The notes under the pieces are model-generated. The model was not told the origin of the DNA, searched no databases, and saw nothing but the letters and a program-made list of their open reading frames with translations. DNA of 64,000 nucleotides, taken from the IMG/VR virus record IMGVR_UViG_3300034101_004588, positions 62,001-126,000 of that record. One strand, 5' to 3'. The translations under genes and the position numbers were made by a program. Of this stretch, positions 9,916 to 19,724 are shown one piece after another. The first letter of the stretch is position 1. The number at the start of each line of letters is the position of its first letter.

Positions 9916-10552
9916 CAAAGAATTTAAAGATGAAATTGAAGAAGATCCTTTAGAGGAAATTATATATGAAGATGAGGACGACTTAGAAATAAGAGGTCCA
10001 TTAGCTTCTTTATTAGACAATGAAGAAGATATTTTAGGTGAAGAGCAAGATTCTTTAGAAGAAGAAGAAGAGGACGAAGAGGAAGTAAAAGAAGTTGTAG
10101 TTGATCTTGTTAAAATTAAAAAAGCCAGTAAAGAAAAGTATTATGTAGATCCTAAACAGTTTGATGAAGAAATAGTTAAATATTATGATTCTGGGCATAT
10201 GTCAGATGAATTGGCTTTGATGGTGAGCAAGATAGCTAATAAATTGAGCTACGCTCCCAATTTTATTAACTATACATACAGAGAAGAAATGGTTGGAGAT
10301 GGTATCATAAGAATGTTTAAAGCCTTGACTTCAAAAAAATATGACAGAGTCAAGGGAACTAATCCATTTTCTTACTTTACGCGTATAGCATTTAATGCTT
10401 TTCGTAACCGTATTAAAAGAGAAAAACATATGAGAGAGACCCATGAAAAATATCAAAGAGAGTTTATGATTATGTCTGATGGGTATAACAATTTATTAAA
10501 AAACAATCAAATAAGAATCATGAAAGAAAGAGAAAGAAAATTTCATGAATAA
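9875..10552 (+). CDS. gp55: T4 gp55-like late-transcription sigma factor
   Basis: KYYVD...IANKLSYAPNFINYTYREEMVGDG...NPFSYFTRIAFNAFRNRIKREK. Start is ATG 9875, 9881 or 9890. Confidence 0.9.
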   Translation: MKMKNMNIKKKKFNKEFKDEIEEDPLEEIIYEDEDDLEIRGPLASLLDNEEDILGEEQDSLEEEEEDEEEVKEVVVDLVKIKKASKEKYYVDPKQFDEEIVKYYDSGHMSDELALMVSKIANKLSYAPNFINYTYREEMVGDGIIRMFKALTSKKYDRVKGTNPFSYFTRIAFNAFRNRIKREKHMRETHEKYQREFMIMSDGYNNLLKNNQIRIMKERERKFHE

Positions 10553-11597
10553 AATAAACAGTGTAGAAATAGGTTGTTTTTCAGATATACACATAGGATT
10601 AGCTCAAGACAACCCATTATGGCATGATGAAATATTAAAAATAGGAAAATGGGCATCAAATTTATATAAACAACAAAATATAACTGAAATAGTTATACCC
10701 GGAGACATTTTTCATAATCGATCAGAAATTTCTGTAAAAACTCTTTCTATAGCAAAAGAATTTTTTTCTTATTTTAAAGATTTCAAAGTTTATATTTTAG
10801 TAGGCAACCACGATGCCTATTTTAAAGATCGGAGTGACGTAAATTCTGTATCTTTGTTAGATGGTTGGTCAAATATAGTAGTAGTTGATAAAACTCCTAA
10901 AATATTTGAAACCAATTTTAATAAAAAAATATCTTTAGTTCCGTGGGGAGTAGATGTAGAAAATATTCCTCAAAGTGATATATGTTTTGGTCATTTTGAA
11001 ATTAATAGTTTTTACATGAATTCTTATAAAGTTTGTGATAAAGGAGAAGATTCTCAAAATCTTTTATCAAAAAGTCCTTTTATTATATCTGGACATTTTC
11101 ATCGTAAAGAAATCAGAGAGTATTCTAATGGTCAAATATTATATGTAGGAAGTCCATACCAACAAAATTTTGGAGATGCAGGAGACGAAAGAGGAATTTA
11201 TATTTTAAATTTAAAAGACAATTCTTATAGATTTTATAAAAATAACATTTCTCCTAAACACATAAAAATTAGTATTCAAAAATTAATTGAAAAAAAGATA
11301 GATGCAAATTTTTTAAAAGAAAATGTCTCAAACAATTTAATAAGTCTCAATGTAGACACGATTATAGACCCTCAAAACATTTCTCTACTATCAAATAAAA
11401 TACAAAAATTATCTCCTAAACTTTTTCGTATAGATTATAAAGAAGGTTCTAAATCATTAATAACAACCCAAAATTTTAACATAGATTCGGTTAATATGTT
11501 GCAAAATATTGAAGATTTTGTATTATCTTTAAATATAGACCATAAACCAAATTTATTAGAATATCTAACAAATTTATACAATAAAAATTTAAAATGA
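10545..11597 (+). CDS. gp47: gp47 (Mre11/SbcD-like) recombination nuclease
   Basis: SDIHIG, GDIFHNR, GNHD, GHFE, SGHFH, YVGSPYQ metallophosphoesterase motifs. Confidence 0.9.
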   Translation: MNKINSVEIGCFSDIHIGLAQDNPLWHDEILKIGKWASNLYKQQNITEIVIPGDIFHNRSEISVKTLSIAKEFFSYFKDFKVYILVGNHDAYFKDRSDVNSVSLLDGWSNIVVVDKTPKIFETNFNKKISLVPWGVDVENIPQSDICFGHFEINSFYMNSYKVCDKGEDSQNLLSKSPFIISGHFHRKEIREYSNGQILYVGSPYQQNFGDAGDERGIYILNLKDNSYRFYKNNISPKHIKISIQKLIEKKIDANFLKENVSNNLISLNVDTIIDPQNISLLSNKIQKLSPKLFRIDYKEGSKSLITTQNFNIDSVNMLQNIEDFVLSLNIDHKPNLLEYLTNLYNKNLK

Positions 11598-12310
11598 AAA
11601 CAGAAATAGGAATAGGAATATTAGACTTATATACACCAGAAGCTTTAGAAAACTGTTTAAAATCAGTTCCAGAAGGTATATATACAACCATAGTAGGTAA
11701 AGATACTAATCAAGAAAATTTATCCGTATCTGCCCTTAAAAATTTATTAATACACGATTTTAGGAAAAAAGGTTTAAAATACTTTTTTTTGGTACATTCA
11801 AATCAAATATTTCCGGATTCAGAAATATTTGAAAGAATTGTTAGAAGAGCAGCCGTTTTTGGAACTTGGTTTTTAACAGGCCCTTCAGACAAAAATATAG
11901 AAACAGAAGACGATAAAGGTAACATTTTAAAAATTAGCACAGAATTAAACACCGAATTTTTATTTTTATTTTATGGTATTGTTAATAACAATAAATTTTT
12001 TGATGAAAGGTTTTATGCTACTAAAAATCTAGATGTTTTAGATTATATTATCAAACTAAGAAGCCTGAATCTTTATTTACCAGAAAATTATTATGCTACT
12101 ATTACAGAAAATATAAACAAAACTGTTACTTCTTTTTCTTATATTAAAGATGCTCCAGAACATATTAAAGAAAAAACAGTACAAATTTCTTATGGTTATT
12201 TTTACCACAAATACAAATACATTCCAGGTCAAAATGATCCTCAGAATAAATCTCAAGAAGAATTAACAAATCAATTAGAATATCTTCAAAAAAATTATGC
12301 AAAAACCTAA
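11594..12310 (+). CDS. Degenerate GT2-like glycosyltransferase paralogue
   Basis: IGIGILD start and overall pattern resembling the next two genes; the EDD position reads HSN. Confidence 0.5.
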   Translation: MKTEIGIGILDLYTPEALENCLKSVPEGIYTTIVGKDTNQENLSVSALKNLLIHDFRKKGLKYFFLVHSNQIFPDSEIFERIVRRAAVFGTWFLTGPSDKNIETEDDKGNILKISTELNTEFLFLFYGIVNNNKFFDERFYATKNLDVLDYIIKLRSLNLYLPENYYATITENINKTVTSFSYIKDAPEHIKEKTVQISYGYFYHKYKYIPGQNDPQNKSQEELTNQLEYLQKNYAKT

Positions 12311-13106
12311 AACAGGCTTAGGAATTATAACATGCAATAGAGAAAATTTTTTAATTAAATGTTTAAAATCTATACCTCTAGAAAAACTAGATGTTATAAC
12401 AATAGTAAATGATGGTAACCCTTTGTCTTTTGAAATTTACGATAAAGACATACACTTAATCCAACATACCACTAATAAAAACGTAGGAGAAAGCAAAAAT
12501 GATGCTATGACATTTTTGTTAGATTCTGGTTGTGATTATATTTTTACCATGGAAGATGATATAATCATTAAAGATTCAGAAATTTTTAACAAATATATAG
12601 AAGCAAGTAAAATCACAGGATTACAACATTTTAATTTTGGGTTTTCTCAAAGAGAAAATTTAGACCAAAATTTAAAACCTATATTTAGAAAAATTATTGA
12701 TTATGGTAAAACTAAAATAGTTTTAACAAAACATATCCTAGGAGCTTTTACCTTTTACACACGTAAAACTTTACAAAATATAGGGTTACACCATTTAGAA
12801 TTTAATAAAGGACATGGTGATCATTTAGAATTAACCTATCGTGCTGGATTGTATGGACATACAACACCTTTTTGGTGGTTTGCAGATTTATATGATAGTT
12901 GGAATATGATAGAAAACCAAAGCAATTTTACAACAGATTCAGTAGTTAGAGATCCACAAACATTTATGCAAAATTTTAATGAAGCTCGTTCTATTTTTAA
13001 AAGATTGCACGGTTTTGATATATACCAAATACCAGACCCAGACGAAAAAACCATCATTGAAATTTTAAAACAAATTAAAAATAAAAATGGAATTTGTACC
13101 AAATAA
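12297..13106 (+). CDS. GT2 family glycosyltransferase
   Basis: GIITCNR, IVNDG, KNVGESKN, FTMEDD motifs. Confidence 0.85.
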   Translation: MQKPKTGLGIITCNRENFLIKCLKSIPLEKLDVITIVNDGNPLSFEIYDKDIHLIQHTTNKNVGESKNDAMTFLLDSGCDYIFTMEDDIIIKDSEIFNKYIEASKITGLQHFNFGFSQRENLDQNLKPIFRKIIDYGKTKIVLTKHILGAFTFYTRKTLQNIGLHHLEFNKGHGDHLELTYRAGLYGHTTPFWWFADLYDSWNMIENQSNFTTDSVVRDPQTFMQNFNEARSIFKRLHGFDIYQIPDPDEKTIIEILKQIKNKNGICTK

Positions 13107-13896
13107 AATAGGAGTAGGCATTGTCACCTATAACTCAGAAAATTATTTTAAAAAATTATATCAAAGTATAGATAAAAATTATTTAAATGAATTGGTAGTT
13201 GTTAATGGTGGTGAAAATTATAAAGAAAAATATGATTGTGATTGGGTACAACATAATAAAAATCAATATCCAGCTCAATGCCGAAATGATTGTATAGGAT
13301 TTTTACTTGCTAGAAAATGTGAACATATTTTTCTTATAGAAGATGATATGATCATTAAAAATTCCAATATTTTTAATGAATATGTTAAAGCTTATAAAGA
13401 AAGTGGTTTAAAGTATTTTTCTTTTGTAAGTACAAGCCCAGATGCAGGTGAACCGAGCAAAAGAAACCCAAGAATAGTGATAGAATATAAAAATAATGTA
13501 AAAATATCCTTATACAGAAATATGTGTAATGAATTTACATATCATCACAATACAACTTTTGATATTAATGGTTTTTATGATCCAGATCCATTAATTCGCA
13601 ATGCTTTTGATGTAGATATGGCTTATAGAGAAAGCCAAATAGGACAATGGACCCCACCTTTTTGGTGGTTTCCTGATATATTTAATTCTGATGAATACAT
13701 AGAAAATAATCCAGAAGCACTTAGTCGATTACAAAATGCAAGACCAGATGGTTCAAGAGAAGAGGTTATTATGAAAACCTGGGAATATTTTTATAACAAA
13801 CATAAAAAATATGTTCAACAAATTCCAGATACCTCATTACAAGACACTTTAAAAAGATTAAAAGATATAAATCATGAATTTAGCAATAGGAATTAA
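13087..13896 (+). CDS. GT2 family glycosyltransferase
   Basis: GIVTYNS, VVNGG, FLIEDD; shares PFWWFxD with the preceding gene. Confidence 0.85.
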   Translation: MEFVPNKIGVGIVTYNSENYFKKLYQSIDKNYLNELVVVNGGENYKEKYDCDWVQHNKNQYPAQCRNDCIGFLLARKCEHIFLIEDDMIIKNSNIFNEYVKAYKESGLKYFSFVSTSPDAGEPSKRNPRIVIEYKNNVKISLYRNMCNEFTYHHNTTFDINGFYDPDPLIRNAFDVDMAYRESQIGQWTPPFWWFPDIFNSDEYIENNPEALSRLQNARPDGSREEVIMKTWEYFYNKHKKYVQQIPDTSLQDTLKRLKDINHEFSNRN

Positions 13897-14653
13897 TATA
13901 TTTTCAGAATATAAAAGACAAACCCTAGCAATAGAGGTTTTAAAAAAAGTAACAAACAAATATAAAGAAATAAAACTATATAATATTACATTTAAAGACG
14001 AACCAAACCAAGATGGATTTATTCATTTACCTTTATTGAAAAGAAATTGTCAAAATGTATTACCTTCTTCTTTGAAGAAGAAACCAATAGTTAAAGATTT
14101 TTTTGAAATTTTAGAAAATGTAGATTGTGATTATTTTTTGTTTATTAATAGTGATATTTTTTTAACAGATAAATGTTTAAAATTAATTTTTAAACAAGAA
14201 TATGATTCTTATATTTTTTCTCGTATAGATACGTATGATATTAATAGTATTTCAGATCCTATAATTCCAATGCGTATGGAAATAGCTGGGTTTGATGCTT
14301 GGTGTATTAAAAAAAGTTGGTGGATAAAAAACAAAGACAAATTTCCAGATTACATATATGCTGAACCTTTATGGGATATACATTACGCTTTAACCCTTTA
14401 TTATAATAGTCATTGTTTTATGGGGAATAAAGATTATTATATAGCCCATATTAAACATCCTTTACAATGGAATGATGAATCTTTGGAAAGCAAATATAAT
14501 GCACAATTTTGGGAAAGTTCACCTTTTCATAAAATATGGCATGATTATGTATACAAAACCTTAATTAATCGCCAGCCGCAAGGTCAATTTTTATATCCAT
14601 TACCCAATGAAACAGAATTAGAAGAAAAATTATTAAAAAATGCAATTAAATAG
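13874..14653 (+). CDS. Putative GT-A fold glycosyltransferase
   Basis: FLFINSDI DxD-like motif, GFDAW, WD and HIKH motifs; lies within the GT array. Confidence 0.6.
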   Translation: MNLAIGINIFSEYKRQTLAIEVLKKVTNKYKEIKLYNITFKDEPNQDGFIHLPLLKRNCQNVLPSSLKKKPIVKDFFEILENVDCDYFLFINSDIFLTDKCLKLIFKQEYDSYIFSRIDTYDINSISDPIIPMRMEIAGFDAWCIKKSWWIKNKDKFPDYIYAEPLWDIHYALTLYYNSHCFMGNKDYYIAHIKHPLQWNDESLESKYNAQFWESSPFHKIWHDYVYKTLINRQPQGQFLYPLPNETELEEKLLKNAIK

Positions 14654-15290
14654 CTTCTATAATAAAATATATATAATTCACTACAAACCTTTAATTGATA
14701 GAAAAGATTATTTGTTAAATAAATTAAATCAGTTTAATTTGAATTCTTTAGTAGAATGGGTTGATCAATTTGATCCTAAAATATATTCTAAAAATGTTTT
14801 CAATTTACACAATAGAATAATGGCAGCCAATGAGGCTCATTGTTATTGTTATGAACAACAATTAAAAAATAATTATCAAAATATTTTAATATTAGAAGAT
14901 GATGTGGATTTTGAAAATTTAAATATAATTTCTTATTTAAATAAAGCAGCAGAAGATTTTATTAAATTAGATGGAGATATAGCTTTTTTGGGTACTTGTT
15001 GCGGTTTAACTGTTCGTAATATTAATGATTCTCAATTATTATATTATGACCCAAATTATGGTTCCCGGTCTACTGGAGCCTATATAGTCAATATAAGATG
15101 CACTTTAAAAATATTAGAATGTAGTAAATTAAATTGTCATGCAGTTGATAGAATATTAGGTGTTTTAATACCTATAATAAACATAAGATGTCTGTGGGCT
15201 GGATTGCCTTTAAAACAAGGTTCTGAAACAGGCAAATATAAAAGTAGTATCGTAGAAATAAGGGATCAAAAAGGTAATTACCCATTATGA
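14640..15290 (+). CDS. GT25-like glycosyltransferase
   Basis: KIYIIH...DRK, conserved H, LILEDDV, STGAYIV, AVD motifs. Confidence 0.8.
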   Translation: MQLNSFYNKIYIIHYKPLIDRKDYLLNKLNQFNLNSLVEWVDQFDPKIYSKNVFNLHNRIMAANEAHCYCYEQQLKNNYQNILILEDDVDFENLNIISYLNKAAEDFIKLDGDIAFLGTCCGLTVRNINDSQLLYYDPNYGSRSTGAYIVNIRCTLKILECSKLNCHAVDRILGVLIPIINIRCLWAGLPLKQGSETGKYKSSIVEIRDQKGNYPL

Positions 15291-15997
15291 AACTGTACAC
15301 AGTTTTTACAGAATCTCATCGTTCTTTTTTCGAAAATTATTTTTTTAAAACATTGCCTTTTGAGCCGCGTTTAGAATTAAGGATTTTATTTAAACCTCAA
15401 ATATGTAGTGGAGAATTTTTAAGTAAAGGTTGGAATCAAACGATGGCTTATAAAGTAGATTGTTTTATACAAGCTGCAAAAGAAACTCCAGATAATGAAA
15501 TTTTTATGTTTTCTGACCCTGATATTCAATTTTTTAAACCTTTTTATGATGATATATTAAACCATATGCGAAATTATGAAGCAGTTTTTCAAAATGATTA
15601 TTTTGGGGGTATTAATACAGGCTTTTTTGCTATGAGATCAAATCCAAATATTCGAGGATTTTTAAATACAGTTAAACATAATTTAGCAAATTTTAATGAA
15701 GAACAACATGCTTTTAATTCTTTAGTACAACATTTTGATAAATTACCTAAAATAAAATTTAATTGGAAAAAATTACCTTTAGAATATTGGACGTATGGGG
15801 AAAAAGTAAAAGAATTGGATACAAATCCAGTTACATACAGTATATGGAACGGTGATAAAACCTTTGATATACCTGATAATATTATTATGCATCATGCTAA
15901 TTGGACGAAAACTTTTTACCAAAAAAAAGAAATATTAGATTTAGTCAGAAAAAAACATTGCCTTAAAAATAAAGTAACAAAATTATTTGATATATGA
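15287..15997 (+). CDS. Nucleotide-diphospho-sugar transferase (GT77-like)
   Basis: FSDPDI, INTGFF, EQHAFN, HHANW motifs. Confidence 0.75.
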   Translation: MKLYTVFTESHRSFFENYFFKTLPFEPRLELRILFKPQICSGEFLSKGWNQTMAYKVDCFIQAAKETPDNEIFMFSDPDIQFFKPFYDDILNHMRNYEAVFQNDYFGGINTGFFAMRSNPNIRGFLNTVKHNLANFNEEQHAFNSLVQHFDKLPKIKFNWKKLPLEYWTYGEKVKELDTNPVTYSIWNGDKTFDIPDNIIMHHANWTKTFYQKKEILDLVRKKHCLKNKVTKLFDI

Positions 15998-16647
15998 AAA
16001 TTAAACATTATACCTTTTTTACAGATTCTCATAAAGTTTTTTTAAAATACTTTTTAAATACATTTCCGTTTGATCCGGATATAGATTTAAACATTCGTTA
16101 TATGCCTCAGGAATGTGAATCTGGAGAGTTTGTTTCAGAAGGATGGAATAATACCATGAAACGAAAAGTTCAATATATTTTAGACAGTTTAAAAGAAATG
16201 GATGACAACGATATTTTTATCCATACAGATGCCGATATAGTTTTTATTAAACCTTACAAAAAAATTTTATTAGAAGAATTAGGAGATGCAGATTTAATAT
16301 TTCAATCAGATATTGGTACAGCTTGTATGGGAGTTTTTGCTTGTAAAGTTAATGACAGAACTAAATCTTTATTTAATAAATTATACAATGATTTAAGTAA
16401 ACATTACCATGATCAAGAAGGCATAAATCACATAATTCGCAATAAAGACCATCACCCAGATTTAAAAATTAGATTATTTTCTTACAAATTTTTTAACCAT
16501 GGCTTTTTAGGCAAACATTATGAAGAACAAAATGATGATGTTATTTTTCCACAAGACATGGTTTTGTTACATGCCAATTTTACAGTCGGTATTGAAAGAA
16601 AAGTAAAACTAATTCAATTAGCTTTACAGCGGTTTAATTTAAAATGA
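15994..16647 (+). CDS. Nucleotide-diphospho-sugar transferase (GT77-like), paralogue of the preceding gene
   Basis: HTDADI, CMGVF, DQEGIN, LHANF; shares Q.CxSGEF.S.GWN.TM with 15287..15997. Confidence 0.75.
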   Translation: MKIKHYTFFTDSHKVFLKYFLNTFPFDPDIDLNIRYMPQECESGEFVSEGWNNTMKRKVQYILDSLKEMDDNDIFIHTDADIVFIKPYKKILLEELGDADLIFQSDIGTACMGVFACKVNDRTKSLFNKLYNDLSKHYHDQEGINHIIRNKDHHPDLKIRLFSYKFFNHGFLGKHYEEQNDDVIFPQDMVLLHANFTVGIERKVKLIQLALQRFNLK

Positions 16648-17531
16648 ATTTATTTGAAAAATATTATACTATAGAAAGTAATAATCCTCCGTATCCTTTT
16701 TATCATGAAGGGGACGATTTGGAAAAATATTTTATAAATTTTTATTTTAAAAACAAACAAGAGTTTGATAAAACCGGGTATGAATTTATACCAGTAAGAT
16801 GGACTATTATATATAATGAATCAGGACATTTAATACCCCAACTGCAACAAGATTTATATTCTTTAGATTCTAATAAAAAATATTTTACTATATCACAACA
16901 TGATGATGCACCACATCAAGTATTACCTCCTAATACTTTAAATTTTGCAGCCGGAGGCAATATGAGCAACACTATTCCTATACCTTTAATATGCAGTCCT
17001 ATTAAAAAACAATTAAAAAATGAAAAAGACATTTATTGTAGCTTTGTTGGAAGTGTATCACAAAATTTAGGAGGATTTTCTACTATAGCTCATCAGATAC
17101 GCATGCGTATGCTAGAGACTTTAGTTGAAAATTCAAATTATATATTAAAACCCAAATATTGGTCTCATGAAATAAACGAAAATAGGCAAGAATTATTTTT
17201 AAATTTAACCTCAAGAAGTAAATTTACCTTATGTCCAAGAGGATATGGGGCATCTAGTTTTCGATTGTATGAAGCTATGCAATTAAACAGTATTCCGGTT
17301 TATATATATTATAAACAACCCTATTTACCTTTTTCAGAAAAAATAAAATGGGATGAAATATGTGTTTTAATAGAGCATGAAGATACATTTAATTTAGATG
17401 AAAAATTAAAAAATATAACAGAAGATACACAAAAACAAATGCTTTTAAAAATAAACCAAGTGTATAAAGAATATTTTACTTTAGAAAAAATGTGTGAAAA
17501 TATATTAAAAAAATTACAAAATTATGTTTAA
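16644..17531 (+). CDS. Exostosin-like (GT47) glycosyltransferase
   Basis: SFVGS...R; SKFTLCPRGYGASSFRLYEAMQLNSIPVYI...LPF...W. Confidence 0.85.
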   Translation: MNLFEKYYTIESNNPPYPFYHEGDDLEKYFINFYFKNKQEFDKTGYEFIPVRWTIIYNESGHLIPQLQQDLYSLDSNKKYFTISQHDDAPHQVLPPNTLNFAAGGNMSNTIPIPLICSPIKKQLKNEKDIYCSFVGSVSQNLGGFSTIAHQIRMRMLETLVENSNYILKPKYWSHEINENRQELFLNLTSRSKFTLCPRGYGASSFRLYEAMQLNSIPVYIYYKQPYLPFSEKIKWDEICVLIEHEDTFNLDEKLKNITEDTQKQMLLKINQVYKEYFTLEKMCENILKKLQNYV

Positions 17532-18201
17532 AAAATGTGCTATATGTTTTTCTGGACAAGTTAGAACAGCAGAAAGATCTTCAGTTAAAGACAATTTAGA
17601 AATAAATTTAATAGAACCTTTATTAAGAGAAGGTTATCAAATTTATTATTTTGCATGTGCAGAAAGATATTACGGCAATTATATATGGCATGGTTTTAAA
17701 GAAGCAGAAGATAAAAATTATTGGGGTTATGATATAGATTTATATGACGCAAGATTGGGTCCGGGAGTCAAAGGAGGATCTTTTAATGTAATGAATCAAT
17801 GGAAAAAATGCCAAGAAGTAGCTTTTTTAAAACAGCGTTTTGAAAAGGAAAATAATTTAAAATTTGATTTAGTGTTTCGAATTCGTCCGGATATGGTATT
17901 ACAAAATAAATTAGAATATTCTTCTTTAGATTTAACAAAATATAATATACCCAATCACGACAATTGGTATGGATATAATGATAGAGCAGGCGCTGGCAAT
18001 AGTAAAAATATGGATTATTATATGATAAATTTTGTGAACAACATAGAAAAATACTTTAAAAAAGATGGAATAATTTTTCATTCTGAAACATTATTAAAAC
18101 ATCATTTAGATCAAAAAAATATAGAAATAAACCGTCCAAATTTTAATGTTTTATTTGAAAGAGAAGAAGGAACAGATTATGGCAATATCTACTTTAATTG
18201 A
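17524..18201 (+). CDS. Putative glycosyltransferase (AICFSGQxR / RxRxD family)
   Basis: CAICFSGQVRT, FDLVFRIRPD, YNDR, HSETLL motifs typical of viral glycan loci. Confidence 0.55.
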   Translation: MFKKCAICFSGQVRTAERSSVKDNLEINLIEPLLREGYQIYYFACAERYYGNYIWHGFKEAEDKNYWGYDIDLYDARLGPGVKGGSFNVMNQWKKCQEVAFLKQRFEKENNLKFDLVFRIRPDMVLQNKLEYSSLDLTKYNIPNHDNWYGYNDRAGAGNSKNMDYYMINFVNNIEKYFKKDGIIFHSETLLKHHLDQKNIEINRPNFNVLFEREEGTDYGNIYFN

Positions 18202-18772
18202 TTTGACTCTTAACGAAGGCAAAGATTCTTCACAACATTACATTACACTTTTTGCTTTGATATTATCTTTAAAAGCAAAAAACGTATTAGAATTAGGTGT
18301 AAGAAACGGCAATACAACTAAACCTTTTCTATTGGGATTGGATTATGTAAAAGGTAATTTGACTAGCGTAGATATAGAAGATAACCCTTATCTTAGAAAT
18401 AAATTAAAAGATTTTACAAACTGGAATTTTATAGTGTCTGATTCCATAAAATTTTTAGAATCTGTAAAACCTGGAACAATTTATGATTTAGTATTTGTAG
18501 ATGATTGGCATGATGGATTGCATGTCAAAAAACAATTAGAATTGATAGAAAAAATGATTACACCTTCTTCATTAGTTGTATTACATGATTGTATGTGCTT
18601 AAACACCCAACCAAATTATCATTATTATCAGGATAAAGAAGGAGAGTTTGCCAATGGCGGACCTTGGAGAGCTATTAAAGAATTAGACAAATCTGTTTGG
18701 GAATATGTTACAATTCCAGTTAATAACGGATTGACTATTTTACGCAAATTAGGAGAAGAATTGGTTTTTTAA
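18179..18772 (+). CDS. Class I SAM-dependent methyltransferase (Methyltransf_24-like)
   Basis: VLELGVRNGNTT, SVDI, DLVFVDDWH, VVLHD motifs; ATG at 18179. Confidence 0.85.
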   Translation: MAISTLIDLTLNEGKDSSQHYITLFALILSLKAKNVLELGVRNGNTTKPFLLGLDYVKGNLTSVDIEDNPYLRNKLKDFTNWNFIVSDSIKFLESVKPGTIYDLVFVDDWHDGLHVKKQLELIEKMITPSSLVVLHDCMCLNTQPNYHYYQDKEGEFANGGPWRAIKELDKSVWEYVTIPVNNGLTILRKLGEELVF

Positions 18773-19692
18773 TGTTATACGATTTCTTTAAAAAAGACAA
18801 ATATCTTGTAGGAGATATTGAATTCGGAGGTTTCGGGGCAATGTATGCCCGCAGAAAATTTATTTTACAATTATCTCAAGCTTTTAATCGTACACCAATT
18901 TTTAGATTTAAACATTACGTGTACGATGATCCCTTTGAATCTTTTCCAGTAGATTTAAACACTTTAAAACAAAAAAATATTAACGAAATTAAAATTTTTG
19001 ATTACACTGAAAACGAAGAGCAAGCAGTTTATTTTGATTTTAATAGTTATTGGAATTCACCAAACATGATTAAATATCAAAATCGGGCACCAAAAAATGC
19101 AGATTATTTAAAATATTCTGGATATTTATATGATCAATTAAAAATCAATCAAGAATACACAGATTTGATAGATAAAAAAATACAAGAAATAAAAGAAAAG
19201 TTTAATATTAAAAATTTTAATTCAGTTATTGGAGTACATTTGCGCCGCGGTGATAAAATAGTAGAAATACCATATCTTTCAGAAAAAACTGTTTTCGATT
19301 TAGTAGATAAATTAAAAACAGAAGACAATATTAAAGATTGTGCTATTTTTATAACTAGTGATGAATTACAATACATAGAAGAAATTATTGAGAAATATCC
19401 TCAATATAATTTTATATACGATAAAGAAGAACCCAGATATGGTTCACAACACATGTCAAATCTTCAATTAGTTGCTTCTCATCCTTTTTTAAAAAAACAA
19501 GAAACCTTAACCTTTATGAAAAATGTAGAAATTCTAAAACAATGCGCTTATGTTATAGGACCTCATGGAGCGCAAATGAGTAAAATTGCCGGCGCTATTA
19601 ATTCATATCATAACAATTCTAAAAAATTATTTTTAATCAATTCAGAAACAGATAAACTAGAAGAAATGGGAGCCACCACTGCTTCTTGTTGA
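18772..19692 (+). CDS. Alpha-1,6-fucosyltransferase-like (GT23/NodZ/FUT8-type) glycosyltransferase
   Basis: GGFGA, IGVHLRRGDK, IFITSDE motifs. Confidence 0.75.
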   Translation: MLYDFFKKDKYLVGDIEFGGFGAMYARRKFILQLSQAFNRTPIFRFKHYVYDDPFESFPVDLNTLKQKNINEIKIFDYTENEEQAVYFDFNSYWNSPNMIKYQNRAPKNADYLKYSGYLYDQLKINQEYTDLIDKKIQEIKEKFNIKNFNSVIGVHLRRGDKIVEIPYLSEKTVFDLVDKLKTEDNIKDCAIFITSDELQYIEEIIEKYPQYNFIYDKEEPRYGSQHMSNLQLVASHPFLKKQETLTFMKNVEILKQCAYVIGPHGAQMSKIAGAINSYHNNSKKLFLINSETDKLEEMGATTASC

Positions 19693-19716
19693 AGTTATTT
19701 TAAATAAAACTATAAT
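19689..19716 (+). promoter_or_regulatory. Sigma70-type promoter for gp46
   Basis: TTGAAG-N16-TATAAT, 8 nt before the GTG. Confidence 0.65.
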
Positions 19717-19724
19717 AAATTAAG

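Noticed and set aside
11594-19692. GT array as a contaminating bacterial LPS locus or giant-virus fragment
   Set aside because: It is translationally coupled to gp47, has the same AT-rich composition, is followed directly by the gp46 promoter, and lacks wzx/wzy/ABC genes or mobile-element ends.
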